Shown here: piece after piece, positions 9,936 through 19,951 of the stretch | Position numbering within the stretch: the first letter of the stretch is position 1 | How the letters are laid out: every line of letters begins with the position of its first letter | NCBI GenBank assembly: GCA_963667015.2 | Contig: CAXXJJ010000004.1 | Coordinates: 1,184,001 to 1,248,000 of the forward strand | Direction: 5' to 3' | Length of the DNA stretch: 64,000 nt | DNA from: Desulfatiglandales bacterium | GTDB taxonomy: Bacteria; Desulfobacterota; DSM-4660; Desulfatiglandales; HGW-15 | The notes under the pieces: model-generated | The model's database searches: none | Seen by the model: the letters and a program-made list of their open reading frames with translations, nothing else | What the model was told of the DNA's origin: nothing | Translations under genes and position numbers: made by a program

Positions 9936-10757
9936 ATGAATATAGATCAAGTTGTATTGAAACTACAGGAATTTATTGCACTTTACGGATTAAATATTGT
10001 TGGCGCCATTGTAATTCTCATACTTGGCCGCATAGTTGCGGGTATTGTAAAAAAAATTATCAGAAGCATTATGACCAAAAATAAAGTAGAGGAGACTCTT
10101 ACATCATTTGTATCGAGTATTTCCTATTTTGCCATGATGACATTTGTATTGATTGCAGCGATAAACAAGCTGGGTATCCAAACTGCCTCTTTTATTGCGA
10201 TCTTAGGTGCTGCGGGACTGGCAGTTGGTCTTGCACTGCAGGGTTCTCTTTCCAATTTTGCAGCCGGCGTTTTAATGATTATTTTCAAACCACTTAAAGT
10301 AGGTGACTATGTTGAAGCCGGGGGAGCTGCAGGTGTGGTTGAAGAGGTGGGAATTTTTACAACTATAATTAAAACACCTGATAATAAAAAAGTAATTGTT
10401 CCAAACTCAGGGGTGACAGGTGGCAATATCACAAACTATTCAGCAAATCCAGTGCGGCGTGTGGATATAGTGGCAGGGGTGAGTTACGGTGATGACATTG
10501 ATAAGGTGAAAAAAGTTCTTTCCGAGATACAGGCAGAAGATGAAAGAATCCTTAAAGACCCTGCGCCAATGATCGGACTGGTAGAGCTTGGTGACAGCAG
10601 CGTTAATTTTACTGTTAGATCATGGGTTAAAACAGCGGATTACTGGAATGTATTCTTTGATACCCAGGAGAAGATCAAAAAACGCTTTGATGCTGAAGGA
10701 ATCAGTATACCTTTCCCGCAGCAGGATGTTCATATTATCAGTGAATCCAAAAACTAA
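9936..10757 (+). CDS. mscS: Small-conductance mechanosensitive channel
   Basis: GAAGLAVGLALQGSLSNFAAG, KVGDYVE, PNS, RRVD, GISIPFPQ; SD AAGGAGG. Confidence 0.95.
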   Translation: MNIDQVVLKLQEFIALYGLNIVGAIVILILGRIVAGIVKKIIRSIMTKNKVEETLTSFVSSISYFAMMTFVLIAAINKLGIQTASFIAILGAAGLAVGLALQGSLSNFAAGVLMIIFKPLKVGDYVEAGGAAGVVEEVGIFTTIIKTPDNKKVIVPNSGVTGGNITNYSANPVRRVDIVAGVSYGDDIDKVKKVLSEIQAEDERILKDPAPMIGLVELGDSSVNFTVRSWVKTADYWNVFFDTQEKIKKRFDAEGISIPFPQQDVHIISESKN

Positions 10758-10803
10758 CGTTTTGGATTCACGCGATCAGCGGTCGGCATTTGGCTGTCAG
10801 CTT

Positions 10804-10846
10804 AAAAAAGATCCATACGGAGTATTTCCCGGATGGATCTTTTTTT
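10804..10846. terminator. Bidirectional intrinsic terminator
   Basis: AAAAAAGATCCAT...ATGGATCTTTTTT between convergent genes. Confidence 0.8.
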
Positions 10847-10851
10847 ATACA

Positions 10852-11283
10852 TCAGTCAAAAATAATGTCTTTATCGCTCGTTTTTGAAGAGGCAATCAGG
10901 TAGGTAATTTTTGAAATAACAAGCCCGCGTATCAGGTATTCAATAGAAAAACGCTGTGAGTCTGTCAATTCATCAAATTCCATAATTTCAATCACATCCC
11001 CAACCATAGACTCTATAGAAAGATAAATATTTTTCTGTTTGGGGTTCAGGTCACCTTTTCCGATTCTCCCCCACACAGCAGGGATTATGTAAGTTATTGG
11101 ATTGTTAAGTAAATCCTTCTTATGGAGAGAAAAGATGGTATCAGTTGTTTCATCGATTATCTCCTTGATTTTTAAAATAGAAGAACTTTCATCAGTATTT
11201 CCAATGGAAAACTGTATAAGTTTATGCCCTCTGATATCAGTGGCATGAAGATTGGTCATTGTTGGCTTATCCTTATCTCTCAT
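10852..11283 (-). CDS. Hypothetical protein
   Basis: 143-aa ORF ending at the terminator; no recognised motif. Confidence 0.6.
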   Translation of the reverse strand: MRDKDKPTMTNLHATDIRGHKLIQFSIGNTDESSSILKIKEIIDETTDTIFSLHKKDLLNNPITYIIPAVWGRIGKGDLNPKQKNIYLSIESMVGDVIEIMEFDELTDSQRFSIEYLIRGLVISKITYLIASSKTSDKDIIFD

Positions 11284-11352
11284 TCTTTTATATTATTAAA
11301 AGATTAATGTGTTAGCAGAGTGAATTATCGATAGTATGACTATCCTTTACTT

Positions 11353-11368
11353 ATCAATATTCATGCCA
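11353..11368 (-). promoter_or_regulatory. Possible sigma54 promoter (TGGCATGAATATTGAT; -12 is GA rather than GC)
   Basis: -24 TGGCA with correct spacing, upstream of the hypothetical gene; palindrome ACGTCA-N6-TGACGT at 11472-11489 may be its enhancer. Confidence 0.4.
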
Positions 11369-11646
11369 ATTATAGGTCTTCCGAAAAAACCAGTAATTAC
11401 AGGTTGATGGGATGAAAGGACAAATGCGCGAGGTAATCCTTAGCCATTTCTTTGCCACGCAGGAGAAATTGACGTCAGTAATTTGACGTAACCTATTGAT
11501 TATTTAAATAAATACAAAATGCAGATATACTGCAAAGATATGACATAAAAGTTATCAAAATAATCATGATCTGACCTGATATGATCCTGTATCAAAAACC
11601 AGAACGGTTCAACGATATTTAGATGTTTATAAGATCTGTCCGGCTG

Positions 11647-12744
11647 TTATCTTTTTATAAAATTTAAAGATAATTTACCAGCGGATCTAAGAAGGAATAT
11701 AATACATAATATTAACAGGAAAAAAACAGGAATCCACGTACCGATAACAGGATTGATTTTGCCGTTTTCGCACAGGTGTTCTATAGAGATGAGACTAATA
11801 TAGTAACTGATAAATAATAACAGGCTGATAATAATTCCTTTGGTTCGGCCATGGGCCCTGATCTGAGCACCGAGAGGGGCACCGGCTATACCAATAAAAA
11901 AAATAGCCATTGGCAGAGAGAACATCTCATACAACTTTAACTTTGCAATGTTCTTTTTCTTAATGTCTTCCTCTGAATTATTGATAAGCTCTAACAGCTC
12001 GTTTAAATACATACCATCCGGTTCTAATTTTTTATCCTCTGAGTAGTCAACCAGACTATCTATTGGAATATCGAGAGTATCCATGTAAAAATCAGGACTC
12101 TCATTCTTGCCATCGGTAAACACATTACAGTCCATAAACCGGATCTTTCCGGGGATAATCTTTGCCTTTTTTGCTATAACTGTCCATACGTTACCATTAT
12201 GTTTATATACAGCAAAGACGTCCTTCATCACCCTGTCTTTTGGTGAATAGCTGTTCACATAAAGAACAATATCCTCCAATTCATCAATAAAAATTCCCTC
12301 TTTTATATAGGATTCTATTCCGATTTTCATAAGATCGGCTTCGTCAGAGTAAAAAGTTCTGTTGCCATAGGGAGTCCAAAACATTGTTAAAAAAATAGAG
12401 AATAAAAGACAGATGAGAGAGAATATAAAAACAGGGGACATCAGTTGATAAATGCTTATTCCTGAAGAATGGAGAGCAATTATTTCGTTGTCACTTGCCA
12501 TTCGGATGAATGAAAGAAGCACGGCCATCAGACAGGCTGCAGGCATTGCAAAAAGACAGTAATTTGGAATCAGACATATGATCAGGCCGAATAAATCATC
12601 AAAACTGGCTCCATAATTTATCACGAGCTCAGTCATATTGAGCATCTGGGAAGCCATAATAATAAATAGAAAGACAAAAAGACCTGTAAAGAAAATCGCC
12701 CAGATCTCTTTTGAAATATATTTAATAAGCGTAATTCTCATCAT
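11647..12744 (-). CDS. lptF: LptF/LptG family LPS export permease
   Basis: KYISKE start, MP.ACLMAVLLSF.RMASDNEIIAL..SGIS, six-TM pattern, W.P near C-terminus; start uncertain (12744 or 12768). Confidence 0.85.
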   Translation of the reverse strand: MMRITLIKYISKEIWAIFFTGLFVFLFIIMASQMLNMTELVINYGASFDDLFGLIICLIPNYCLFAMPAACLMAVLLSFIRMASDNEIIALHSSGISIYQLMSPVFIFSLICLLFSIFLTMFWTPYGNRTFYSDEADLMKIGIESYIKEGIFIDELEDIVLYVNSYSPKDRVMKDVFAVYKHNGNVWTVIAKKAKIIPGKIRFMDCNVFTDGKNESPDFYMDTLDIPIDSLVDYSEDKKLEPDGMYLNELLELINNSEEDIKKKNIAKLKLYEMFSLPMAIFFIGIAGAPLGAQIRAHGRTKGIIISLLLFISYYISLISIEHLCENGKINPVIGTWIPVFFLLILCIIFLLRSAGKLSLNFIKR

Positions 12745-12797
12745 ATAAAGAGATTCCGGAGATCTCACTGGATTGTGTTTCAGGAGTAAACAGGTAT

Positions 12798-13016
12798 TTA
12801 TTTAAAACGATAGGTTACAAGGCCATGAGAAGTATCATATGGTGAAACACTGACTTTTACCCTGTCCCCCTGTATTACCTTTATTCTGTTCTTTTTCATT
12901 CGGCCGGAAAGTACTCCATGCACGATGACATTATTATCACATTGAATTTCCATGGTGCCCCGCCCCATTACCCTGGTAACAAGGCCTTCCAGTTCTATTA
13001 AGTCTGTTCTGCTCAA
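12798..13016 (-). CDS. infA: Translation initiation factor IF-1
   Basis: 72 aa; LSGRMKKNRIKVIQGDRVKV..SPYD..GLVTYR; TTG start with SD GAAAGGA. Confidence 0.95.
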   Translation of the reverse strand: MSRTDLIELEGLVTRVMGRGTMEIQCDNNVIVHGVLSGRMKKNRIKVIQGDRVKVSVSPYDTSHGLVTYRFK

Positions 13017-13188
13017 AATATTCCTTTCATTGACAATTTATAAATGAAGTAAAAATAACCTTAAATTATAAAAATATTAAAATATTATTTTAAGGCAATT
13101 TACTTATATTCCTTCAATTAGTCAACACTTTACCAAAATGTGCTATCAAATTTTTAACCGGTTTAAAACAAATTTATCCATTTGAGGT

Positions 13189-14497
13189 TTATTTATATTC
13201 TTTAGTGATAGCTGAAATAACCTGCGCGTGTCTTTTTGAAGAGTCCCGGCTTTCCGATAATGCCTTCTTTGCGGCCAGACCTTTTTGCTTCAGAAGATCA
13301 GGATTACTTAAAAAACAGACTGCCTTTTCGGCAAAATCATCAGATCCGGTTACTTCTATACTGGCATCATATTTTTCAAGCAGGTCTCTTTGCATCTAAA
13401 AAATCGTCCATATGAGGGCCATGAAATACAGGGATTCCCCATGCTGCTGCCTCAAGCGGATTTTGCCCACCAAGAGGCACAAGACTTGCTCCGCAAAAGG
13501 CAATGGACCCTGCACTGTATATGTTAAACAACTCACCATAGCTGTCAATAACGAGGATGTTTTCTTTTCTTCCAAATCCGGATGTGCCCAGCTCGCTTCT
13601 CAGATGGTATCCCAGCTCATTTTTTTGAAGAAGCTCTACTATATCCTTTATTCGCTCAAGATGCCTCGGAGCGATTATCAGAATTGTATCAGGAAAATGT
13701 TTAATAATTTTACAAAAAGCATCCAGTAAAATCACCTCTTCACCAGTTCGTGTGCTTCCGGCTATTATAACTTTTGTATCCGAACCAATATCAAAAATAC
13801 TGCGGATCTTTTCATTCATCCCGGGGAGAGTCTGTTTAATAAGCAGATCATATTTTGCATTTCCGTTTACTACGGTTCTTTCAGGCTCTGCCCCTATAGA
13901 AGTAATGCGTTTTTTATCCTCCTCGCTTATCATGCTGAGGGTATGAAAATTAGACAGGATGTTTTTTAAAAATGGTTTTAAACGCAAATAGCGTTTGAAC
14001 GAACGTTTGGATATTCGACCATTAAGAAGGACAATCTTTATCCCCATTCTATGGGCTTCGATTATCCATGACGGCCAGATCTCGGTTTCAAGAAATACTA
14101 ATATATCGGGATCAACATGCCGCAATGATTTTTTTACTGAAAAGAAGATATCAACAGGTGAATATATAATTGATACCTCATCCCCAAGAAGTTCAACGGC
14201 CAGGTTTCTGCCATGTTCTGTGGTAGTGGATAATAAAACAGAACATTCTGGTATCTGCGCTTTGAGGGAGGCAATGATTGAATTAGCGACCTTGATCTCG
14301 CCCAGTGATACGGCATGAATCCATATCCTCGGTCCTGTTATAAACTTTTTAAGGTTATCATGAGGAATAAATCCGAAACGCTCATTAAGATGTTTCCGGT
14401 ACTTTCCGGTAATCAAAATAAACATCAGGAAAGGGAATAATAACAGGGATAAAAGGATGACAGTTAATACCCTGTATAAAAAATAGAATATATTCAT
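13189..14497 (-). CDS. waaA: Kdo transferase; split by a 1-nt frameshift near 13390 (probably a sequence error)
   Basis: IWIHAVSLGE, ETEIWP, NGRIS, GNAKYD, AGST..GEE, APRHLER, GGQNPLEAA, GPHM; C-terminus continues in ORF 13189-13395 (DLLEKY...). Confidence 0.85.
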
Positions 14498-14670
14498 ATT
14501 ATATACAATTAGTATGTTTTCGGTTATATCAAAAATCATGTCTTGATTGACGGTCAAGATAAGGAAAAGGAGATAAGCTGTCAACCCTGATTAACTCAAA
14601 ATCCATTTCTATCGCACATGATAATCAGGGATTTTGAGACAGGCCTGGTTTTAGAATCTATATTGCATTA

Positions 14671-14687
14671 TGGCAGGAATTATGCCA
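14671..14687. promoter_or_regulatory. TGGCA-N7-TGCCA palindrome matching the sigma54 GG-N10-GC consensus on both strands
   Basis: Plus strand TGGCAGGAATTATGCC, minus strand TGGCATAATTCCTGCC; lies between divergent genes. Confidence 0.5.
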
Positions 14688-14733
14688 GAATGCGACGCTC
14701 TCCCGGGCTTTATTTATTCCTTTAGAGGCTGTA

Positions 14734-15414
14734 TTGACCAACAACCTGACGCAACTTAAAAAAGAACTTATGTTCCTTGATCTTTATGAAAAGGCCAGGG
14801 AAATATACAATGAACTGGGCGAAAGATCGGTAATTTCATATATAAGATCAAGCCATCGTCTATTAAGCAAGGTATATCATCCCGACCTCAACCCTGAGAA
14901 TCTCAGGCTGGCGATAAAGATCCAGCAGAGCCTCAACAGGTTAAGCGATCTTATCAACCAGATGGATGATAATGAAATAGTCAGGTTATTTGATGGGAAT
15001 AAAGTTATTGATAATACCCGCAGTAAGAAAAAGATCCTTGTAGTAGAGGATGAATTCGGCCTGCAGGAAATATTCAAGGATATCTTTAAAATGGAAGGAT
15101 ATGATGTACAAGTCGCAGTAGATGGGTTAGACGGCTTTGAAATCTATAAGGAGTTTCTTCCAGACCTTGTGTTTACTGATATTGTCATGCCGAAGATGAG
15201 CGGCATTGAACTCGTAGCGAAAATACGTGAAATCAATCCAGATATAAAGGTTATTTATATAAGCGGATTTTTCGGTATAAGAAGACTCAGGGAACAACTG
15301 GACAAGGATATCGCCATATACGGATACCCGACACTGGCCAAACCATTTAAAACCAGTGAAATGCTTGATCTTGTAAAAGAATATATAAATACATCAACAA
15401 CACTTTTTAATTAA
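14734..15414 (+). CDS. J-domain-like (HPD) plus response regulator receiver domain protein
   Basis: RLLSKVYHPDLNP then ILVVEDE, VFTDIVMP.MSG, ISG, KPF; start may be ATG 14770. Confidence 0.8.
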   Translation: MTNNLTQLKKELMFLDLYEKAREIYNELGERSVISYIRSSHRLLSKVYHPDLNPENLRLAIKIQQSLNRLSDLINQMDDNEIVRLFDGNKVIDNTRSKKKILVVEDEFGLQEIFKDIFKMEGYDVQVAVDGLDGFEIYKEFLPDLVFTDIVMPKMSGIELVAKIREINPDIKVIYISGFFGIRRLREQLDKDIAIYGYPTLAKPFKTSEMLDLVKEYINTSTTLFN

Positions 15415-15589
15415 AATACAGTAAAACTCTCCTCACTTTTCCAGTCAGCTAATAATCATCCTTTTTGTTTTGATGAAATGTTTTCCCGCCGCACAAGGTT
15501 AATTTTATTGATGTAACAGGCAAATCATAATAATATGGCATCTGAATGATAATCAACATTTCGAAAACAAGGGTTGGCCGGAAAACACT

Positions 15590-16132
15590 ATGATCCCAGA
15601 TACTGAAGAATGTATTTCACTAATGAACACCTACGGCATGCTTGAGAATATAAAGGCACACTCATTCAAGGTTGAACAGGTCGCACGTGTTATTGCCAAG
15701 GGAATTAAAAAATCCAAAATCAACATTTCCCTTGAAAAAGTCAGGGCCGGAGCCTTAATGCATGATATAGCCAAAACCATGTGTCTTGGATCAACCGAAG
15801 ATCATGCAATAAGAGGCATGGAAATCTGCATTGAAAACAATTTTGTTGAAATCGCTGAAATAGTTGGAGAACACATAACGCTTAACAGTTATGACCCTGC
15901 CAGCGAGGTAAACGAAAAGGAAATCATTTATTACTCAGACAAACGTGTAAACCATAATGAGGTTGTTTCTCTTGAAAAAAGACTTGAATATCTGCTGGAG
16001 AGATATGCAAAAAATGAAGAGTCACTGGTACGAAGGATAGAAAAAAATTTCAGGAAATGCAGGCAGGTGGAAAACAGGATTTTTTCAAACCTGGATTTTT
16101 CCCCTGAAGACCTTGTTGAAATGATAGGGTGA
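15590..16132 (+). CDS. HD/HDIG domain metal-dependent phosphohydrolase
   Basis: AHS..V, GALMHDIAK, DHA..G, EH, YYSDKR. Confidence 0.85.
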   Translation: MIPDTEECISLMNTYGMLENIKAHSFKVEQVARVIAKGIKKSKINISLEKVRAGALMHDIAKTMCLGSTEDHAIRGMEICIENNFVEIAEIVGEHITLNSYDPASEVNEKEIIYYSDKRVNHNEVVSLEKRLEYLLERYAKNEESLVRRIEKNFRKCRQVENRIFSNLDFSPEDLVEMIG

Positions 16133-16184
16133 GCCTTTTAAAAAAGCCAGTTGACATTCACATATAATTACATCTATTTGCATT

Positions 16185-17927
16185 ATGAAAAAAATATATT
16201 TAATTTTCCTTTTATTATCTCTTTTTTTAATTTCTTCAGTTTATGCAGACAATTCAACAGTATCAGTTGATATTATCCACTCTACTGACAGGTATGAGCA
16301 GAACAAATCCTACCCTTTGCTTTTCAAACTGACCATTGCAAAAGACTGGTATATCCACGCAGCGGTGAAGGAAGATTTCATGATTCCAACTGTGCTGTCA
16401 TTTCAGGAGTCAGAGAAACTGAGGATTGACAATATCAGTTTTCCGGAACCGGAAAAGATAAAATTTGAATATACAGATGATCCTGTTGATGTTTATTCAG
16501 GCACCTTTTATGTAAAAGGCACAATCCATGTTAAAAATGGATCAGCGCTTGATCTGCAGACGATAAATGGAGAATTGAGCTACCAGGCCTGTTCTGCCGT
16601 ATCATGCCTGGCACCTGAAAAAGTACCGGTTGACATGAAGTTAACGGTTGTTCCGCCAGGCACTCAAACTACTCAGATAAATCAGAATATATTTCTTGCC
16701 AGTCAGAAAACCGGGACTGCTGACTCAAAATTTGATTCAGGATTATTCTGGGCACTGCTCTGGATTTTTCTTGGCGGACTTGCACTGAATCTCACACCAT
16801 GTATTTATCCCCTTATACCCATTACAGTCTCCTATTTTGGAGGGAGAGACAATAAGGATGGCAGTAATAAGATACTGATGGGAATACTCTATATTTCGGG
16901 GCTGGCATTTACAAATTCCATTCTGGGCGTCACAGCGGCTTTAACCGGAGGGATGCTTGGGGCAGCACTTCAGTACCCTATAGTCCTGGTTATTATCGCC
17001 CTTATCATGATAACCCTGGGACTCAGCTTTTTTGGTTTCTGGGAAGTTCGTGTCCCCGGCATGCTCACAAAGATCGCTTCGAAAAACTACAGGGGATATT
17101 TCGGTACATTCTTTATGGGGCTTACCCTGGGCATTGTAGCGGCCCCCTGCCTTGGCCCCTTTGTTCTCGGTCTTTTGACCTATGTCGGGCAGAAGGGAGA
17201 TCCCTTTACAGGTTTTATATACTTTTTTGTTCTCAGCCTTGGAATAGGCCTGCCATTGTGTATTCTGGCAATTTTTTCAAGCGCCCTGGACCGCCTTCCC
17301 ATGTCAGGAGACTGGATGCTCTGGATAAAAAAAGTAATGGGCTGGGTCCTGGTTTCAATGGGATATTATTTCCTTAGCTCCCTTATATCTGATCCATTAA
17401 TCGATCATGCCATATTTGCGGGACTGGCTGTAATAGCGTCTATTCATGTGGGGTGGCTGGATAAAACAGGTGTTCAACTTAAGTCCTTTAGATATGTCAA
17501 AAAAATTGTCGGTGTGGTAATTGCGATACTCGGAATTTTCTATCTATCTTCAGCTATTGATATGGATGATCATATTCAGTGGGCACAGTTTACTGAGATA
17601 GGCCTGGAAGAGGCAGTTATCGATTCCAGACCGGTTATTCTTGATGTATACGCTGACTGGTGCATCCCCTGTAAATATATGGACAAAAACGTGTTTAATG
17701 ATCCTGAAGTTGTAGACCTGAGTGAAAGCTTTACAACATTGAGGATGGATATAACAAGAAAACAGGACGAGCATGACAAGGCAATGCAGCGTTATAGCAT
17801 TGAAGGAGCGCCAACAATCCTTTTCTTTGACAGCGGTGGAAATGAACTTCCTGACTTAAGAATAACAGAAAAGATCAGCGCGAAAGAATTTGAATCAGCA
17901 ATGAAAAAAGCATTAATGCCACATTAA
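16185..17927 (+). CDS. dsbD: Thiol:disulfide interchange protein DsbD
   Basis: Signal peptide, YQACSAVSCLAP, NLTPCIYP, AAPCLGP, ADWCIPC thioredoxin motif. Confidence 0.92.
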   Translation: MKKIYLIFLLLSLFLISSVYADNSTVSVDIIHSTDRYEQNKSYPLLFKLTIAKDWYIHAAVKEDFMIPTVLSFQESEKLRIDNISFPEPEKIKFEYTDDPVDVYSGTFYVKGTIHVKNGSALDLQTINGELSYQACSAVSCLAPEKVPVDMKLTVVPPGTQTTQINQNIFLASQKTGTADSKFDSGLFWALLWIFLGGLALNLTPCIYPLIPITVSYFGGRDNKDGSNKILMGILYISGLAFTNSILGVTAALTGGMLGAALQYPIVLVIIALIMITLGLSFFGFWEVRVPGMLTKIASKNYRGYFGTFFMGLTLGIVAAPCLGPFVLGLLTYVGQKGDPFTGFIYFFVLSLGIGLPLCILAIFSSALDRLPMSGDWMLWIKKVMGWVLVSMGYYFLSSLISDPLIDHAIFAGLAVIASIHVGWLDKTGVQLKSFRYVKKIVGVVIAILGIFYLSSAIDMDDHIQWAQFTEIGLEEAVIDSRPVILDVYADWCIPCKYMDKNVFNDPEVVDLSESFTTLRMDITRKQDEHDKAMQRYSIEGAPTILFFDSGGNELPDLRITEKISAKEFESAMKKALMPH

Positions 17928-17951
17928 GTATAATCTTCATCTGCCTGTCAT

Positions 17952-19370
17952 TCACTTCAACCTGATTTTTACTACCGATTCGATATGATAGGTATGGGGG
18001 AACATATCTACAGGCTGTATCTCGATCACTTCATATTTATCAGACATATCTCCAAGATCTCTTGCAAGGGTAGCAGGATTACAGGATACATATACCATTT
18101 TACTGACACTCATCTCCATGACTGTTTTAAGGATATCCTTATGCATACCTGTTCTGGGAGGATCAACAACCAGCACATCAGGTTTATATGAAATACTGTT
18201 AATCGTTTCTCTGATATCCCCCAGGATAAAACTGCAGTTTGAAACATTATTAACACGGCAGTTCAGGTTTGCATCGGAAACAGCACTCTCTGAAATCTCC
18301 ATACCAAGTATTTCATTGGCTGAACCGGACAGGTAAATCGGTATGGTTCCTGTACCGCAAAACAGGTCCAGCACTTTTTCGGTCCCATCCAGTTCAGCAT
18401 ATTCTTTAACCTTACTATAGAGTTTTTCAGCGCCTGAGGTATTTGTCTGGAAAAATGAATTCGGTGACACCTTAAATGTATAAGGTCCTATCATCTCATT
18501 AATAAAACCTTCTCCGGTTATAATTATTTCATCTTCTCCGACGGCTGTTGCAGCTTTTTTTTCACTGACATTATTAACAATGGTTTTAATGTTATCAAAT
18601 TTATCATGCAGTTTTTCGGCAAGAGGCTCAATAATAGCCATGCCATTTGTCGAGGTGACAATATTGACCATCCATTCATCAAATGCCTTTGAATACCTGA
18701 GGGTTAGAAATCTCCAGAAGCCTTCATGGGTTTTTAAATTATAAACAGGGACTTTTGATTTTTTAACATACTCCTTTACCTCCTGAAGTACTAAGTTACC
18801 TGTTGGGTTCTGCAGGAGGCAGGCGTCAATATCGATTACCTTATAAAAGGTACCCGGAACATGCAGACCCAGGGCAAAATTTTCATTGACTGTTTCTTTA
18901 TAATAATCTTCGGGCAGGACCCACTGTTTATCGGAAAATGAAAACTCCATCTTATTCCGGTAAGCATATATATCATCAGAAGAGATAACATCATGGATGC
19001 CAACCCCTTCCAGAGCCCCTATCCTTTTTATTGAGTCTGCGATATGCTCCCTTTTATATTTCACCTGGCAGGCATAATCCAGATGCTGGTAGTTGCAGCC
19101 TCCGCAGTAACCATGATATGGACATGGGGCGTCTTTTCTGTCAGGTGACTGGGTCAGTATCTCGATGATAACCGCATTGGCAAACCCTCTCTTCTTTTTT
19201 ACAATCCTGGCAATTACCCTGTCACCGGGCAGAGCTCCCTTTATAAAAACAACAAAGCCATCTATTCTGGCAATGCCTTCACCTCCAAAGGCTAAAGCAT
19301 CCACATATAATTCAACTAAATCTTCCTTTTTTATTAGCATTCTTTTTCCAGTTATTTTTTCAGTTAACAT
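17952..19370 (-). CDS. rlmD: 23S rRNA (uracil-C5)-methyltransferase RlmD/RumA
   Basis: TRAM domain, CPYHGYCGGC Fe-S motif, YRNKMEF, SFFQTN, DLFCGTG, DPPR.G, YVSCNPATLARD, DMFPHT.H.E; start may be 19340. Confidence 0.95.
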   Translation of the reverse strand: MLTEKITGKRMLIKKEDLVELYVDALAFGGEGIARIDGFVVFIKGALPGDRVIARIVKKKRGFANAVIIEILTQSPDRKDAPCPYHGYCGGCNYQHLDYACQVKYKREHIADSIKRIGALEGVGIHDVISSDDIYAYRNKMEFSFSDKQWVLPEDYYKETVNENFALGLHVPGTFYKVIDIDACLLQNPTGNLVLQEVKEYVKKSKVPVYNLKTHEGFWRFLTLRYSKAFDEWMVNIVTSTNGMAIIEPLAEKLHDKFDNIKTIVNNVSEKKAATAVGEDEIIITGEGFINEMIGPYTFKVSPNSFFQTNTSGAEKLYSKVKEYAELDGTEKVLDLFCGTGTIPIYLSGSANEILGMEISESAVSDANLNCRVNNVSNCSFILGDIRETINSISYKPDVLVVDPPRTGMHKDILKTVMEMSVSKMVYVSCNPATLARDLGDMSDKYEVIEIQPVDMFPHTYHIESVVKIRLK

Positions 19371-19484
19371 CAGACCTTAAGCTGGTGCTGTTTCAAAATA
19401 GTCCAGTGCCCCATCACATGCATACATTGGCAGATTTAGACCTTACATAACACTCCGCTGCCTGCCCGACAGCCAGATCAACAC

Positions 19485-19527
19485 AAAAAATCGGGCTAAA
19501 TGAAAATGATCATTCAGCCCGTTTTTT
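19485..19527 (-). terminator. Intrinsic terminator after the pilY1 operon
   Basis: AAAAAATCGGGCT...AGCCCGTTTTTT hairpin with A/T tracts on both sides. Confidence 0.7.
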
Positions 19528-19553
19528 AATTAAATGTTATTATATATTCAAGT

Positions 19554-19913
19554 TTATTCTTTTTCCTTCAATATATTATTTTCCTTTTCTCCGGTAAGTA
19601 AAGTTACTTTTTTTGCCCTCCAGAGTCCATCATCACCCTTCTTCCCATTACTCTCAACCTCTACTAGGTTACCAACTTCCAAATCACGGAAAAGAGCCGG
19701 CTGAGGTTCTTTTGTTACTCCGTTATCAACATACACGCTTTTCACAATATAATTGCGGTCTCTGACCTGAATAATATTCGGTTCTTTTCCTATCTCCATT
19801 ATTTTATCTACAACAATTAGAGACTCCTCTTCCTGTGCAAAAACATTTTGATGAAAAGAAGAGATGCATACCAGGCAAATTATGACTGCCATATATCCTG
19901 TTATCTTTTTCAT
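19554..19913 (-). CDS. Small secreted beta-rich protein, PilY2-like by position
   Basis: Signal peptide MKKITG...VFAQ, SD GAGGAG, last gene of the pilY1 operon. Confidence 0.65.
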   Translation of the reverse strand: MKKITGYMAVIICLVCISSFHQNVFAQEEESLIVVDKIMEIGKEPNIIQVRDRNYIVKSVYVDNGVTKEPQPALFRDLEVGNLVEVESNGKKGDDGLWRAKKVTLLTGEKENNILKEKE

Positions 19914-19951
19914 ATTATATTCTCCTCGACAATTAAATATCCGCTTTAAGA

